Below, one piece after another: positions 24,201 through 41,454 of a stretch of 64,000 nt of DNA (position 1 is its first letter; every line of letters starts with the position of its first letter). Under the pieces are notes generated by a model. That model was not told the DNA's origin, made no database searches, and worked only from the letters and a program-made list of their open reading frames with translations. Made by a program: the position numbers and the translations under genes. The stretch is from Marsupella aquatica (taxonomy: Eukaryota > Plantae > Marchantiophyta): contig OZ316894.1 of NCBI GenBank assembly GCA_973895155.1, positions 3,122,844 to 3,186,843 on the forward strand. The letters run 5' to 3'.

Positions 24201-25616
24201 GTAGGCTAACTTCTTTGACTCGTCCGACGTCATACTCAGGGCCATATCTGGAGATCAGGCTATGAAAAAGGGGAACTGCAAGGAATCGTCTATGAGGATG
24301 TACCCCAAGCTTTGGCGGCGTGGCATAATGCTGGATCAAAAGTAAACAGAAACCCCTACACCTTGGTTTGAAGATTTTCGTTTTGCTCGGATTTCATAGT
24401 TCAGGAGGGAAGCAAAATTGTCACTTGGCTTAGATTAAGGGGGAGCGCGATGAAAACAACTGTGGTAGTGTTGTTTCAAATCTTTCTCCTGAGTAGGCTT
24501 ATAACAAGTGCATGTTTAGCATAGCCAATCACAGTAATGCTTCTTGTTTTGGAAGTCGATGTTTTCTGATCAATGAGAAACAATCAAAGGGTATTAAAAT
24601 TTCTTCTCATGAATTTTTAAACCAAATAAGAACAATGTGCTGTATTCTAAAGTTAACTTTTCTTTGTTCCGTATAGAAGTCATTGACCAATGGCAGTGGA
24701 ACAGGTCTACATATACTCAAGTGGAAGCAGAGAAGCTCAAAGACTAATTTTTGGGAACTCAAACTATGGAGATTTGCGAAAGTTTTTGTCCGGTTATTTT
24801 GATACTACCACTGGGTAACTCACTCAACGAACGGCCAATAGAAACCACATGCCATTTTCTTTGTCATAATGTAATACTGATGATATTGTGATACTTCAAT
24901 GCAAACTCCCTGTAGTCGTTCGGTAAATTGTCTGGAGCAGCTGAACTTGGAAGACAGCCAATTGTACCACCTGAAGCAATCTCGAAGCATTGGAAACTGA
25001 GTCGTCTGTGAAAATGACAATTAGTGACCTAGTCTAGTCCACCTGTGTCAATTCGTCAGTCTCCCAAAATCAGTGTCATTTGTGCTGTTTCAAAACTAGG
25101 TAATCAGGCAAATAAAATCCACATTTACCGATCTTAGTATTTACAAGACGGGATAAATATTTCTTCTTGAAACTTTTCTGCAAAGATGGTAATTGCGTTG
25201 TAGGTATCGTTCCTTGTGTTTTAACGATCTGGCCAATTGCCAGGAATAAACGCGAGGCACGGAGCTACTCAGAAATCGCCCTCTCAGTTGGTGTGGACAG
25301 TCCAGCTAATATCACGTTTGCAACTGATGTTCTTGCCGAAGCTGTAGCCGCCAAAGAGGCTGGTAAGCTGGACTGGCACTCATCCGTTCCTCACTGACAT
25401 GGAATAGAGTTTTCTTTAGATTGTATGAAAGAGGGGAAGAGTGAGCTTTGAGTGAGATTGGGGATTACTGTCCAATGTGGAGGTGGGTTGGTGTCTGAAT
25501 CAGCACTCTGCTTGTCTGGTGCAGGTTTGAAAACCGTATTGCTACTCCGTCCTGGAAATGTTCCTTTGCCTCCAGATCACGGATATAGAACTGCGAGTAC
25601 TCTCCTTGAAATATGA
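21246..25616 (+). CDS. DEP1: Bifunctional methylthioribulose-1-phosphate dehydratase / enolase-phosphatase E1 (methionine salvage, Yang cycle)
   Basis: Motifs [43 protein letters not shown] and HAD motif [16 protein letters not shown] exons at about 21246-21441, 21558-21694, 22036-22131, 22302-22421, 22719-22808, 22908-23066, 23225-23380, 23707-23856, 24240-24341, 24705-24814, 25244-25362 and 25525-25616. A possible upstream in-frame exon starts at 20320. Confidence 0.93.
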
Positions 25617-25812
25617 CGTGATCACGATTTAATGATAACCACCGGAGACAATAAGAGTGGAATGGGTTTGGTAAGATCCCTCGTTATTTTGGTTACGAGG
25701 TTTACTGCATACAGTGTAGTTCACACCAGGATTTTCAATTACAGCTACTTTATCTAAATGCAAAGCTGGGTACCTGTTTTCCCTGGTTGGACATCATGTT
25801 CCGTGTACAAAG

Positions 25813-26046
25813 CCATCATTAATATAACAAATGTGTGATGGTTCGTTTACCCCCTTTGATATCCTCGTCTCATTCTACACTGCACAATGGTTGACACGAG
25901 AAATTCTGTTGTACAATGAGCAAATCACCCATCATTAATATAACAATCGTGTGATGGTTAGTTTACCTCCTTTGATATCCCTCTTTTCAATCTACAATCC
26001 ACAACGATCGACACGATAAATTCTGTTGTAGAATAAGTAAATCACG
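25813..26046. repeat. ~117-bp tandem duplication downstream of DEP1
   Basis: ccatcattaatataacaa...aaattctgttgta...aaatcac occurs twice. Confidence 0.8.
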
Positions 26047-26480
26047 GTCGAAGCGAGTGAATCTACCGATCTTCTTATCAGTCTATTGTTTTACACTTTC
26101 CAAGAAGGGATATTACGTGTCAAAGTCCACCTCTAAGATTAATTTGCCATCTGCTCACTGTTACAATTGATCCGAGATCTAACCACAGATTCTCCAAAAT
26201 AGTGGGAACAAATCGTCATCCTCGGACTTCGTTTATTATGGTTGCAATAGATCAATCAGCAGGACCTGAATAGTAAATTACCAATTTTATAGACCTATGA
26301 CAGTTGCCTTGTCCGCTACCAGCCTGGGTTGTCGAGAGGAAAGGGAACCTATTTCAAGTCAGTTAAGTATATATCACCAAGAGTGCGATCCCAACGCACA
26401 TTAGACGATGAACAGGATCATTTCCAAGTCTCCACCTCCAACCAGCTTATATTTGAAACCCCCAAATAATTCGGAGAAAT

Positions 26481-27891
26481 TTACAAAGCACCCGCTTGCT
26501 TCAAGAGAGGTACAAGGTTCCCACCGTTGTGCTTGGCAACGGTGTCTGCCGACAAAACAGGGTATCAGTAAAGTTCAGGTCTTCACAGTATTATTCTACC
26601 CACACGTGAAGCGATCGTTAAAGTGGAATGAACCAAAATAGGATGCAGAATACGACATGGGCCACTGAACTGTTCTCCTCGGGCAAAGCACAACTACGAA
26701 CAAAGTTATAACAAATGTTGGGAGTAATATAGCTCACCGTCACATCCGCCCACATGTTTGCCACCGATGAACACACTAGGAACAGTTCGCTGACCGGTCC
26801 ATCCTGCTAGGGCTGATTGGATTGCATCTCCATCGCCTGGAAGTGACAGCTTGGTCATACAAAAGATCACACAATCGCTCCGAAGCGCACGCGACAACGG
26901 CAAATTCTTTCAAAACATTTCAAACTGTCACAGAGGTCATCTGACTCACCTTCAATGTCAAGCTCGACAACTACTTGTTTGGCACCTAACCTCGTCAACA
27001 ATTCTTTCACCTTGACGCAGTACGGGCAATAGGTTTTGCTGCAAGAACGAAACAATTCAACATCTCAGGTACCGCATTGTTATTTTTCAAAAACACATGG
27101 TAATCGCTGTTCTCAAATTCGAGACTAAGTTGTAATTTACCCGTGTCGATTCATGAATCCTGGTGCTAACAGAACCTTGACGTTCGCAACTATCCGAAAA
27201 ACAGGAGAATTGACCTTAAATCCATCAATCCATTCCCTCAATCTATCTAATCTGTCTCTCTCTGGACAGCTATCTCATCCGGTTGACAAACCCTTCCAAG
27301 ATAACTGCCCTTTGAGGACAGCGATTACGATGCCTTCATTTGCTCCATGGACATGCCGGGTGACGAGCTTAATTTGATTGACTGACGGTCAGAGTTTCTC
27401 TAAGAGCACATAGACCAGCATCAATCTCTTCATCCTCTTTCACAATTCCTGAGTTTAGCACCCGGAATGACCAAAATCCTCCGTCCAACACTGAGAATGA
27501 GTGAAGAACTGCCCAGCAGCAACCCTCAAATTCAGACAAATGCCTCTCGAAGGTGAAAATCAAGATTGCGTCTAATTAGAAATGATATCCTCTCGTCCAT
27601 GCTTACCCTCATGCCCTAAACCTTTCACCCCGCAAGTGTAGGCCAATCCCTAAACTCCATTCTCAACCGAAAAAGGATATTTGGAGGTTCCAAACACCCT
27701 CAGGTTTTTCTTTTCGGTGTGGAGGTTCCGAATCCTTGTAAGGTAACTGAAACACACGATTCCACAGGAGGAGGAGAAGATAAGAAGAATAAGAAGGATG
27801 AATTCCTGTCTACCGCTCAACTACCATACCTGAATACAACCAAAGGGTTGGAGGAGACCAAACTCTGCGCCTTCACCAGTGCCGCCGCCAT
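26481..27891 (-). CDS. GRX: Class I CPYC glutaredoxin (GRXC1/C2-like)
   Basis: Four exons at 27891-27830, 27038-26950, 26836-26738 and 26545-26481. They give MAAALVKAQSLVSSNPLVVFSKTYCPYC...GQRTVPSVFIGGKHVGGCDDTVAKH...AGAL*. Confidence 0.93.
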
Positions 27892-28141
27892 CTTGTGAGA
27901 GAAATCGGACTAAAATTCCACGTCCAGTGATATAACAAACTGAAATCAATCCGCACCTGAAAATCTACTTGCTTCAGTCCCTCGCTCGCTTGCTTGTTTG
28001 TTTTCTTGCTGCTTGTTCACTCGTCTCCACGAAAGAATTGGATTTATGTGGGTCTGGCAGGAACTGCTGAAACTGTATTGTGCAAAGCTCTGGGTACAAG
28101 CAGCAGTCTCTGTTCTGGTTTGGCCCTCTGAACTTGATTTG

Positions 28142-28380
28142 CGCCCCCTGTTTTTTTTCTCTACAGAAAGGCAACCAAAAGGAGCCCCAGGCCAAACCCC
28201 TCGTTTAAGCCCCCTGTTTGTTTTCTACAGAAAGGCAACCAAAGGGAGCCCCAGACCAAATCCCCATTTTAAAGCCCCCTGGTTTTGTTTTTTGACAGAT
28301 AGGCAACCACAGGGAGCCCCAGGCCAAACCCCCAGTTTAAGCCCCCTGTTTAAACCCCCAACTTCAGTTAAGCCCCCAAA
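28142..28380. repeat. ~62-66-bp tandem repeat (about 3.5 copies) upstream of GRX
   Basis: gccccctgtt...acagaaaggcaaccaaagggagccccaggccaaacccc is repeated. Confidence 0.8.
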
Positions 28381-29539
28381 TTAAAGTTGCAGCCTAGAGG
28401 CTTCACTCTAGACCATAGTCCCTGAACACGAGGCTCACATCATCATTATACTGTTATATTTGGGATTTGAAATTCCCATGGACCACAACCTTTGACAAGA
28501 TGTGCCAATATATTGTTAGAACCTGCATGATTGAACCATTGTGATTTTATTTTGCATGGACTAGCGCATCTAGAGTGCAGTTGACGTGGGCTCCTGTGTG
28601 TCATGGAACTTCCCTTCATTTCTACAGTAGAAGTCAAGGGTCCAAGCTAGATGAAACCTCCCTAAGACAATGACCAAACTGAGCACCTTCACTTTGTATA
28701 AATGCTCACCATTTCCAGGTGTCTGAAAGAGCTTGGTCCATTGGCTTTCTGAGGTGAAACCTTGTGGTCCACTCATTTAGAAAGATCCAAAAATAAAAAT
28801 GATAGATCAAATCTCTACTGCTTGTTGAGAGAACGTGGGCATCCATCTAGGTACAACCATGTCATGAGGCCGGCTCAAGAAAGTCCTCATGTGGAATGGC
28901 AGTTGCTTTAATGATTTCACATTCATTGAAATCCCAGTCAGGCTTTTTCCTCTTTAGCTAGTTCTTGCCAAATACTTACCCAGAAAACTGGCTAGCAACC
29001 AATATAGAGGGAATGAGACACATTTTTAGCGTCATGGATAACTTGCATGGATAATGTCACGGTCCTCAATAAATCTTGGAAGATCTGACGGTTAGAAACA
29101 TCTATCAGAAGAGTAAGAAGCTGGGGCAACTGGCGAGATCACCACTCTACCTCTCTACAAACTCTACAAACATCTTGGTCAAACATCTTCTATGTATTGA
29201 CCTATTATCATATAGTACAGCCTGCACACTTAGCATGTATCCCCTAGCGGCTTGTTGTAGCTCCCCCTTCCCCGCCCCTCACACCACGTTAAGTTTTAAT
29301 TTTATTTTTTCCCTCACAATTGTCTCGTGTCCCATTTTAACCGTGTTGGAGGGAAGGGTGTGGCATTGTCATTTAAGTTGTTTCTTTAGGGGTTGGGGGC
29401 AAATTCATTGGACCGAGGTGAACCCTTGTGCACTTCTCTTTATCCGTTTGCAGGTTGTGGTGTCTTGATGTGGCCAGGTAACCTCTGAGAGTGCTTCATT
29501 TTGGCCACATTTTGAACTGTACTTAATAATGTCTGCTAT

Positions 29540-31400
29540 TTAATTACGGACCCCCATGAAAGGTCCATTCCAAAATTCTTGGCACGAGAGTGTGCCACAT
29601 CAACAACAACCGCAACAAACAAGACTAGTCAGTTTTTTTTTATCGAACTAACAATTTTCATTCGTGTTTGTGTCAATTTGGGTGTAAATATTGGGACGCC
29701 ATGCCATAAAATAAATTGTAAAAACTTAGAAATGCAAAGAACAAGACAGGTAACACTGTCACTATGTAACCATTTTAGTTACATATCCAGTTGTAAAAAT
29801 TAAATTCAAAGATTTAAAGAGTATCTTTCATATAGTAAACAATAGCTAATAACTAACTTGATAACTTCCTTGTTAAAGGTTAAATGTAACCAGGGGGTCC
29901 ACGAACTAATTTCTATTCATCACCCAAGGTGTTCTAGTGTTTGCATTGAGTTTTATTTTTTGCTCCAACATAATTTTTTGCCTCCTAAATTGGATTAATT
30001 ATTACAGACCCCAATGAGAGGTCCTTTCCAAATTCCCAGCACCAGAGTGTGTCATGTCAACAACGATCGCAACAAACAAGATTCGTCAATTTTGTGATTC
30101 ATTTGTGTTTTCGTCAATTTGAGTGTAAAAATTTAGAAATGCAAAGAGCAAGACGGGTAATTTAGTTACGTATCCAATTTTAAAATTACTATTTTTTATT
30201 ATTTTTATTATTTTTTATCCAATTTTATTTTCAAAAAAATAATTAAATTCAAATATTTAAAAAGTATTTTTCATACAATAAACAATGACTAGTAACTAAC
30301 TTGATAACTTTCTTGTTAAAGGGTAACTGGTACATGGAGTAAGATTTCTGGACTTTTGCAATTAAGGCAAACTGTTAGCTATGGTGTGAACTTGAACTCA
30401 ATGAATTGATACAATTCATTTGATCGGACATTGATCTGGTTTGATCTGGTTTCAAATGGACTTGCCACAAATTGACTATTGACTCTCTTAGCTTGAGAAT
30501 TTGGTTGCATGTAGCAAAAAGGCCTGATTTTGACAATTGCTTGTAATTATCATGCTGTCTATTTTGGCCTGCAAAGCAAAGTATTCATGTGGCAGTTGAA
30601 AAATGTCAAATTGTTTGGGCCATGGCTGAATGGGTCCACAATGATTTTGTGAGAAAATCTATCATATTTGTCCAACTACCAGCTTCACTTCCTAATCAGA
30701 CTTCTATCTTCTGAAAGCTTAAGCTTTGCCCTTCTCCATTTGGTGAATAGTTGCGTCAAGGTCATGAGATTATTAACCTCTAATTCCAAACTTGCCAAAT
30801 TCAGACTTCAGTGAAATCTCCAAGATTTCCAATTATTTGAAAGTACATTGACAAATCAGGCCACAAACATTCTAAAGAGGACTCGGCTACTAGAAAGCTT
30901 AGGGTTCCTTGTTGAGAAAAACATATATCTCAATTGATCTTGAGAAAGTAGTATTCTCAACTCAAATTGAGTGCTCAGGGCACTTCAGTGGTCAAATATA
31001 GTGCCATTTAATGCCTAAATCAACTAACCGAATAAAACTGTGCCTTGGGTTTATTAATTAATGTTCTAAAATTAGTGAAAATATCTCATAGATCTTAAGT
31101 GTTTTAATGTATCCTAGCAGAGCATTATGGACCACATTAGCCTCTCAAAACGTAAGCTAAAGGCCCTTATTTTCCTGGTCATTATGAAAAAGATTGCAAA
31201 ATCATTTGGATGAGGTAATTAATTTCTCCTATACTTTCACTAAAATTTGTTAAACTGTCTCATCAAAATAATCTGTGATACCATAGCATTTTGGACCATA
31301 ATAGCCTCTCACAACTTGAGTTAAAGCTAATATTACATACATTCTTTTTACTCAAACAAGGCCTAAGCAATGTACCAAGGGGGTCCCACAAACTAATTTT
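29540..31400. repeat. Tandemly duplicated ~370-bp repeat, with the second copy interrupted by a ~1.05-kb insertion
   Basis: 29540-29912 is homologous to 29997-30328 plus 31370-31400 (gacccc...ggtcc...caacaaacaaga...aactaacttgataactt...gggggtcc...aactaattt). Confidence 0.65.
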
Positions 31401-32419
31401 TGCAACACATTAGTGCCTGACACTTTTTGGCCTCCAATCTTTTGTCTCTACTGAACATTTCACATTGACAATACCTTTGTACACGATTAATTTTTGGTGA
31501 TTGTTCTTTTTCCCTGGAGGGGGAGAGGGGGGAAGTTGGGGGCAGGGAGGAGGAAGAGATGGAGAAAGCAAAAGGGAGGGGGAAGAAAAAGGTGGGTTAA
31601 AATTGAATTTTCCTGCCCAGCACCTTCATGCTATGTGCCCTTGCATCTGAAGTAGACTTACTCGCTCTCGCCCAATTCTCATCCCAAGTGTCCCTACCCA
31701 AGTTCGCCCTTTATTCCCGTGTTTTTAATTTGCTGTCATCGTACTCATTTCAGCAACCCTTGCTTTCACCTTCGAACCGTCTGCACCATCCGGAAACCTG
31801 TATTTCATGAAGCGACAACTATTCCACAGTGAAGCACTTTCCAGCAAGACATGTGGGGACACTTTTTTGGACAAGTCCTCTTATTAAATGCTGATAGGTT
31901 TTTCAAATATCAGTGTCAGGACTACACTTGGATAACGTGATCAATTTTCACTTGGAATGTTTCAAATGTGGGATCTTCGCTGGAATAATTATCTAAAGCA
32001 GACTCTTCAGTCTGAAGAAGGCTTTGTTCCGGGAGCCAGATGATCTCTGGATGTCTTTTCCGTTTTTATGCAACTACGTTTCCCCAATGCGGTAGCCACA
32101 AACTACACACACCACAAATTAACTATACAAACCACAGATTCTTATAACCGACTAGATTCTAGAGAACTCAAGGGGAGTCAAGTTTTGTGATCTGTAGCTG
32201 AAGATGAATTTTAATCAACCGACTTCCGGCAGTGACAAATCAGCATCGTTTTCTGTGATCCACTCAAGATCACGGCAATATTACAAGAAGCCCACAACTC
32301 TTGTCTCTAGAAGAAGCCGGGAATTGCCGACTTGCGTCTGACCAGAATATGTAGAAGAAATGCTTGATATGCTACATCTGCACCTTGTTAGTCAAAAAAT
32401 GTATTAAAACATGCCCTCT

Positions 32420-35565
<3,146 letters not shown>

Positions 35566-35769
35566 CTCCAACAGCAACACGAGCAGCTCCAACGAAATGA
35601 TAACAGAGTCGCAATCTGCTCTGCTCCGCTCTTCTTGTCTGATCGCTCGATCGGCCGATTCTCTTGCTACTCCTCTAGTGTATGCTAACCAGACCAGTGA
35701 CCCACGATAGGGATATTGCTAACCAGACCAGTTACCCACGCTAGGCCTATTGGATATGTGTTAGTTAAG

Positions 35770-36300
35770 AAAATGGTTGTGTGATGCTGTGGGGATCAAA
35801 ACCACTTTTTATATGAGCCCAGATGTTAACAAGAAGAGTCATTCCATATGGATATGCTGTGCAATGTTGGGTGAAACCGGGGGCAGGGGGGGATTAGGCT
35901 CTCAAGGTTTTTTTGTTGGGGTGAAATCCCGAAGAAAAATTAGTCTCAAGGGGGTCTCAAGGGTTTCTGGTTGGGTGAAATATTAGTCTCAAGGGTTATT
36001 TGCTTCCGAAAAAGATCCGTGCGCTGTTGGGTTGAACCCTGGGGAAAATTAGTCTCAAGGGTTAGTTGCTTCCAAAACCATCTGTACGGATCAATACCAC
36101 TTTTCATATCAGCCCAGATATTAACAAAAAGAGTCATTCCATATGGATTTGCTCTGCAGTGTTGGGTGAAACCCGGTGAAAAATTAGGCCCAAGGGTTTC
36201 TAGTTGGGTGAAACCCCAAAGAAAAGATAGTCTCAAGGGGGTCTCAAGCATTTTTGTTGGGTGAAAAATTAGTCTCAAGGGTTATTTGCTTCCAAAAAAG
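35770..36300. repeat. Compound duplicated repeat upstream of RPI
   Basis: A ~290-bp duplication (accacttttt...agcccagat...gagtcattccatatggat) built from gttgggtgaaa / aattagtctcaaggg subunits. Confidence 0.75.
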
Positions 36301-38759
36301 ATCTTCCAAACCCCCTACCTATAGTAACGTATCAGCAAAGTAGTTTTGCCCTGAAAAACTCTAAGATCATATATTTCTCCATGTGAAAAGCCTGCTCTTA
36401 TAGAGCAACCCTATAGAAGGAATGAACGTTACTTACCACTTATGCAACCCTGACACAATCAACCATTTGTTATTTTTGTCAAGAAAATCAATGGCTGTCT
36501 TTGACTGACAAATATAGAGAGAGTCAGCTTGTGATCCACAGGTAAAAGGGCCAAAAAACCTCAAACTATCTATTTAACTGGCATTTAACTCTATTTCTAA
36601 AGAGTCCATCTAAAGAGAATCTCGGACCTTTACTCTATTTTCTTCCTTGGTGTAATGAGTTATCTTTTTGCAGGACATTGTATGTAGCAAGTGTGGCATG
36701 CCAAACTGCAAGCCCAATGGTTACTGGATACATCTCAATTGTTTGGGGGAATTAAGAGCATGCCCGACCTTCACTCTATTTCCTTCCTTAATGTAATGAG
36801 TTACCTTGTTCAACTAAATTGTCTCATTGTACATAGAATCGAAGTATGCCAAAAGGCAACCCCAATGGTACTAAGTTTTTTGCTACCTTCTGAAGAAGAA
36901 TAGGGACTGGTTGGATCCCATCAACGAATCCAGCTTGACTAATTTTGGTCAACATAATTTGACCTTTTGGCCCGACTTTACTTGTTGTGGTCAACATGTC
37001 CTTACAGCAACCTCTTGGCCGCTTGGTGGTCACCCCCTTGATTACAGCAACCTCTTGGCCGCTTGGTGGTCACCCCCTTGATTGGGTCTTTTGCCTGAGG
37101 GATCTTGTCTCCCGGTTGGGCGCCTTCTGTTTTTATCTTGTCTCCTGGTTGGGCGCCCTCTGGTTTTTGGCAGTTTCATATATACTTTGGAGATCCGTGG
37201 TTCAGATTTGATTTGTTCTACTTTAGAAGGTGTTGCATGTGAGCAAGACGTTTTCGAAGGACTTCAAGTACGTTGGACCAGAGTCCACACTATCAGCAAC
37301 GCACAGCTATGAAACCCATACTCTTGCCAGCACGGAATTGGACAGAACGAATTCACTCACTCAGCTGACTCGTGACCGACTATCTGCTGCTTGAAAAATC
37401 GCTTTGATTACATTGTCGTCAATATAAATCTGAGTTTCTTCGAAGTTTGCTTTACTTGTCCACCTGATGACTTTGCTAGCTGCTTGAAACATTGCTTATT
37501 GCTTTATTATCAGATCATGATCATGCTACAAGGTAGTCACCAGATAAGTTTTCTTGGTCCTGAGTGCCTTAGTCCACGAATCGTAATTCGTCTTCGTCGG
37601 AACTTTTTTGGGACAAGTCATCCAGTCAGACCATTCGGATTCATCTGCGGAGGCGTTGTTGGACTCCCTTCTGTAGTGCTCTCAGATTTCGAACTCTACA
37701 GTTGTGTTGCGTCTGATTCTCATGTCCAGCAATCGATGTCCTCTGTGCTGAAGGTGTGATGATCTGTTTCAAGGATACATGATTGGTGAGCCAGTGCAAA
37801 CAGCTTGCAGGTCCCATTTCGTAGGTTCCATCTGTCTGGGGACGATCGAGGCACCCTGCGACTTCTGACAACCTTACCAGTGGACCTCACAATGATACTT
37901 TAGTGCGGGTAAGGCTTGTGTGAGGTGTTCTACTACTGGGTTTGTCTGCAAATGGGCAGCTAAGTGAAACAATTCAAAGCGTGGTGCATATTAATGGTTT
38001 AGTTTCACCCATGATGTGGCTTTCTGCACTTGAATTCCATGGAACGTAAACTTATCTCATTGTCACAAATCATGCAGTCTGTCCTATGTCTGCAGTGTCA
38101 CTCGAAAGGGATTTTTCTCACGGAGTTTGATGCACGATACAAAGTATTGATACTGCTTCATATATGTGTAGACTCATGAAGGATAGGGAACAGGAGGACA
38201 GTAGAAAAGTGATTGTGGCAACCAAGTTTGCAGCTCTGCCACGGTTCTGGTGTGTCAGCTGCCAGGATTTTCTCTCCGGCGTCGATTCTATTGATCTTTA
38301 TCAGCTTCATAGCATGGCAGGCTTCGCACCAATCACCGACCAAGTTGTGTTTGGCTTTGTCATTCCTCTAACTTACAAATTGAGCAATGGAATTGCAGAA
38401 ATACTTTCCGTCGTTCCATCAGTGATACCCTGGGTTACGAGGAACGAAATCGTGGATATCAATGAATTTGCTGTGTACGTCTCAAGATGGCAGCAACAAT
38501 TAGAGGGACTCTTCTCCAGCAGATTATCATCACCGTTGTGATCCTAGCCAACGGGCAATGGTCTTTGTGCGGTTCTAATGAAAGCAGTCTAGCTAGAGAG
38601 TCATTCATGCTGTAGCTTTGGAGAGTATGGGAGGAGCTACTACTGGAGGGTCCAATCTGGTAGCCACCGATGCATTCAGTAACTCTCTTTCCTGACAAGG
38701 GAAGGAGAAGACTCTCGCTTGATTAATTGGAGAAATAAACTCGATCGAGTCCAGCAAAG

Positions 38760-40690
38760 AAGTGGCAATTCGCGTCGGACTGAAGAGTGAAATCACGGGC
38801 GATCCGCTGGGAGTGCTCAACAGCTGGCGTGCATTTGACTTTGATCCCTTCAGATGGACAGGGGTTGGATGTTCTCCAAACTCCAAGCATGTCACCACCG
38901 TCAATCTGAAAGGCCTTAGTTTGGTAGGAACGGTCTCAACCCTCCTCGGTCAGCTCTTAAATATGCAGCATCTGGACCTCTCGCAAAACTTCTTGCACTG
39001 CTCAATATATACCAGCTAGTTTGGCAACTGCTCCAATCTGCTGTATCTCAACATTTCCTTCAACGAACTGAACGACGATATATTTCCCTCCTTTGCTGGG
39101 AAATTTTGACAAGCTTCAAACTTTAGACTTATCCACCAACAATCTCACTGGAGCAATTCCAGAAACACTAGGCAACTGCTCCGCATTTCGGATCAATACC
39201 TGAATTTAATTTTGAATTCTTTTGACGGAGGCATTCCGTCTCAACTCGGCGCGCGCGTTGTCCTATTTGACCTTTCTGAATCTGGAGAACAGCTCAATTT
39301 CTGGCTCCATTCCACCAAGTTCGGGTAGTTGCTCATCACTTACCCAGTAGTGGTTGAGCTACAAATATTAGGCTGGGAGGGGAGCTCCCTTTCCAGTTGG
39401 GAGAGTTGATTCGCATGCAAATGTTTTTGACGTAGATGGGTCAGCTTAGCAGGAAGCTTCCCCATGTGGACATTGAATTTTACTTCACTGCAGAGACTCG
39501 GCCTAGGTCAAAATAGATTCGCTGGTCGGCTGCCTCGGGCCTGGAGAAAATTATCAAATCTTACCTTTGTGACTTTGGGAGACAATATTTGGGATGGTTC
39601 AGAAATTCCACGGGATGTAGGTTCCGCTAACAAATTGGCAGAAATCGAGATTCCAATATCTGTATTGAATATCACCTCCACTAAGAAAATTGTACTGGAC
39701 GTGAACCAGTTGACGGGTTCTATCCTAATGGGATAGCTCTGCTGAGGAACTTGGAATGGTTATATCTTCAGAGTAACGTATTCAGCAGCGTTCTTCTGTC
39801 GTCGTTATCTAATTGTTCCTTTTTCCAGCTTCTCGGGTTGGGCAGAAAACGGAAGATTTCATCCTCAAAGGGTTGCCCTCTGCATGGGATCGTTCCAAAA
39901 TTTGCAGGATGTGTATTTAAGTAACATGAATCTCCAAGGTGAAAATTCCCACAGAAATAGGTCAACTATCCCAACTAGGTCAGTTCATAGTTCCGGCTTC
40001 AATGGGAATTCGATCCACTTCTATTTTTAATTTTGATGTCACAGGAAATCAGCTAACCGGTTAGATGCCCCCTGAGTTGGGACACCTCTCACGATTGGAA
40101 TATCTCCGGATTGACAACAACTATTTCTCAGCTGGGCCGTTCCCTACTTTCATCTTCAATCTAACGTCAAGCTTGACTACTATACATTATAATTAATCAA
40201 TTCAATGGGAAGCTGGATGGAGATTTCGGAAGCCTCCAGGTATTGTCCGTTTTTACTGCCATCAGTAACTATTTGGAGGCCCGATTCCGGAATCCTTCAG
40301 CAACTGTTCCAATCTTATTGCTTTAGGATTGGGAAGAAATACTCTGTCTCGAGAAACTCCGTCCGGATCGCGAATTTGACCACTCTACGATATCTTGATC
40401 TTGCAAAGCAATCAGGTTCATAGGAGTATTCCCCAGTGCAGATTGGCCAACTGGTCAATCTGCAGATTTTGGAAAGAAATTCAACGGGGCACTTCCGGAT
40501 ACCTTCAGCAATTGTACACAGCTGCTTTGGGTTAGATTTTCACACAATAGACTGACCAGCAGTATTCCTGGGGACGCTTTTGCTACGGCTTCAGTGGGCC
40601 GATTCCTAATTGGGGTGCTTTCCGGGCCAATCTGACGACGGCTTCGTTTTTGGGAAATCCTGGCCTGTGAGGAGCTATTCTTGGGCCTCA
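38760..40690 (+). pseudogene. Intronless plant extracellular LRR (RLP/RLK ectodomain-like) pseudogene
   Basis: LRRNT-like DPLGVLNSW...WTGVGCS, repeated LxxLDLSxNxLxGxIP units, and a C-cap remnant ASFLGNPGL*G. Many stops and frameshifts. No kinase domain seen downstream. Confidence 0.85.
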
Positions 40691-41454
40691 ACGACTCTGT
40701 CCTGCTGAAATAGCTTTCCCAGTGAGCTCAAGGTCACATTGCGCCAATGAGCCTTCCCGGCAATAAAGCTAGCCAGGACCTAGGACCCCTAATATTAGGG
40801 GGTCTCAAATATTGGTCTGGGCGATTCCTACGGACTACCATTTTAGGTTCGGGTGGATGTGGCTAAAACTTGTGTGGCACTCCCTCTGCGTGGCCCGCAC
40901 ACTCCGACTACAGCAGTTTACCACTGATCCTTCTATCCACCCGCTAGCCGGAAGGGCTGGGCAATATGAAGCCTCTCCCTCCTTTTTTTTCTCATCCATG
41001 TGCCCCCTCTTCCCCTTTCTCCTTGCCGCTCCCCCTCTTTGTTTTGCTTCCAAGGTTTTCTTTGGGACTATAAAAGTTCAATCATGTAAGACAATTGCGA
41101 AAAAAAACCATACTAATATTTGTCATAGTTTATGGGTGTGAAAGTCTTATTATTTTGGCACAATATATATACAAATGTGAGTATTTATTTTAAAATATTT
41201 TGGGAAGATATAAATCCTAAATTATCCCCCTTCCCATCCTCCCATTCTTCTCTGTTCCCCACTTTTTTAACATGTCTTGATAATTATATTAACTTGTCCC
41301 TTTTATTCTTTTTTCCTTTTATCTTCTCCCTCCCCCTTTTTCTCCTAAACCTGGCCATTTTCTCTGAAATCTCCCATCATCTCTAATGTCTCCATAGTGT
41401 CATAGTTCTAATATGTGAACATAGCCCGATGCATGTGTGTGAGTTGCACAAAAA

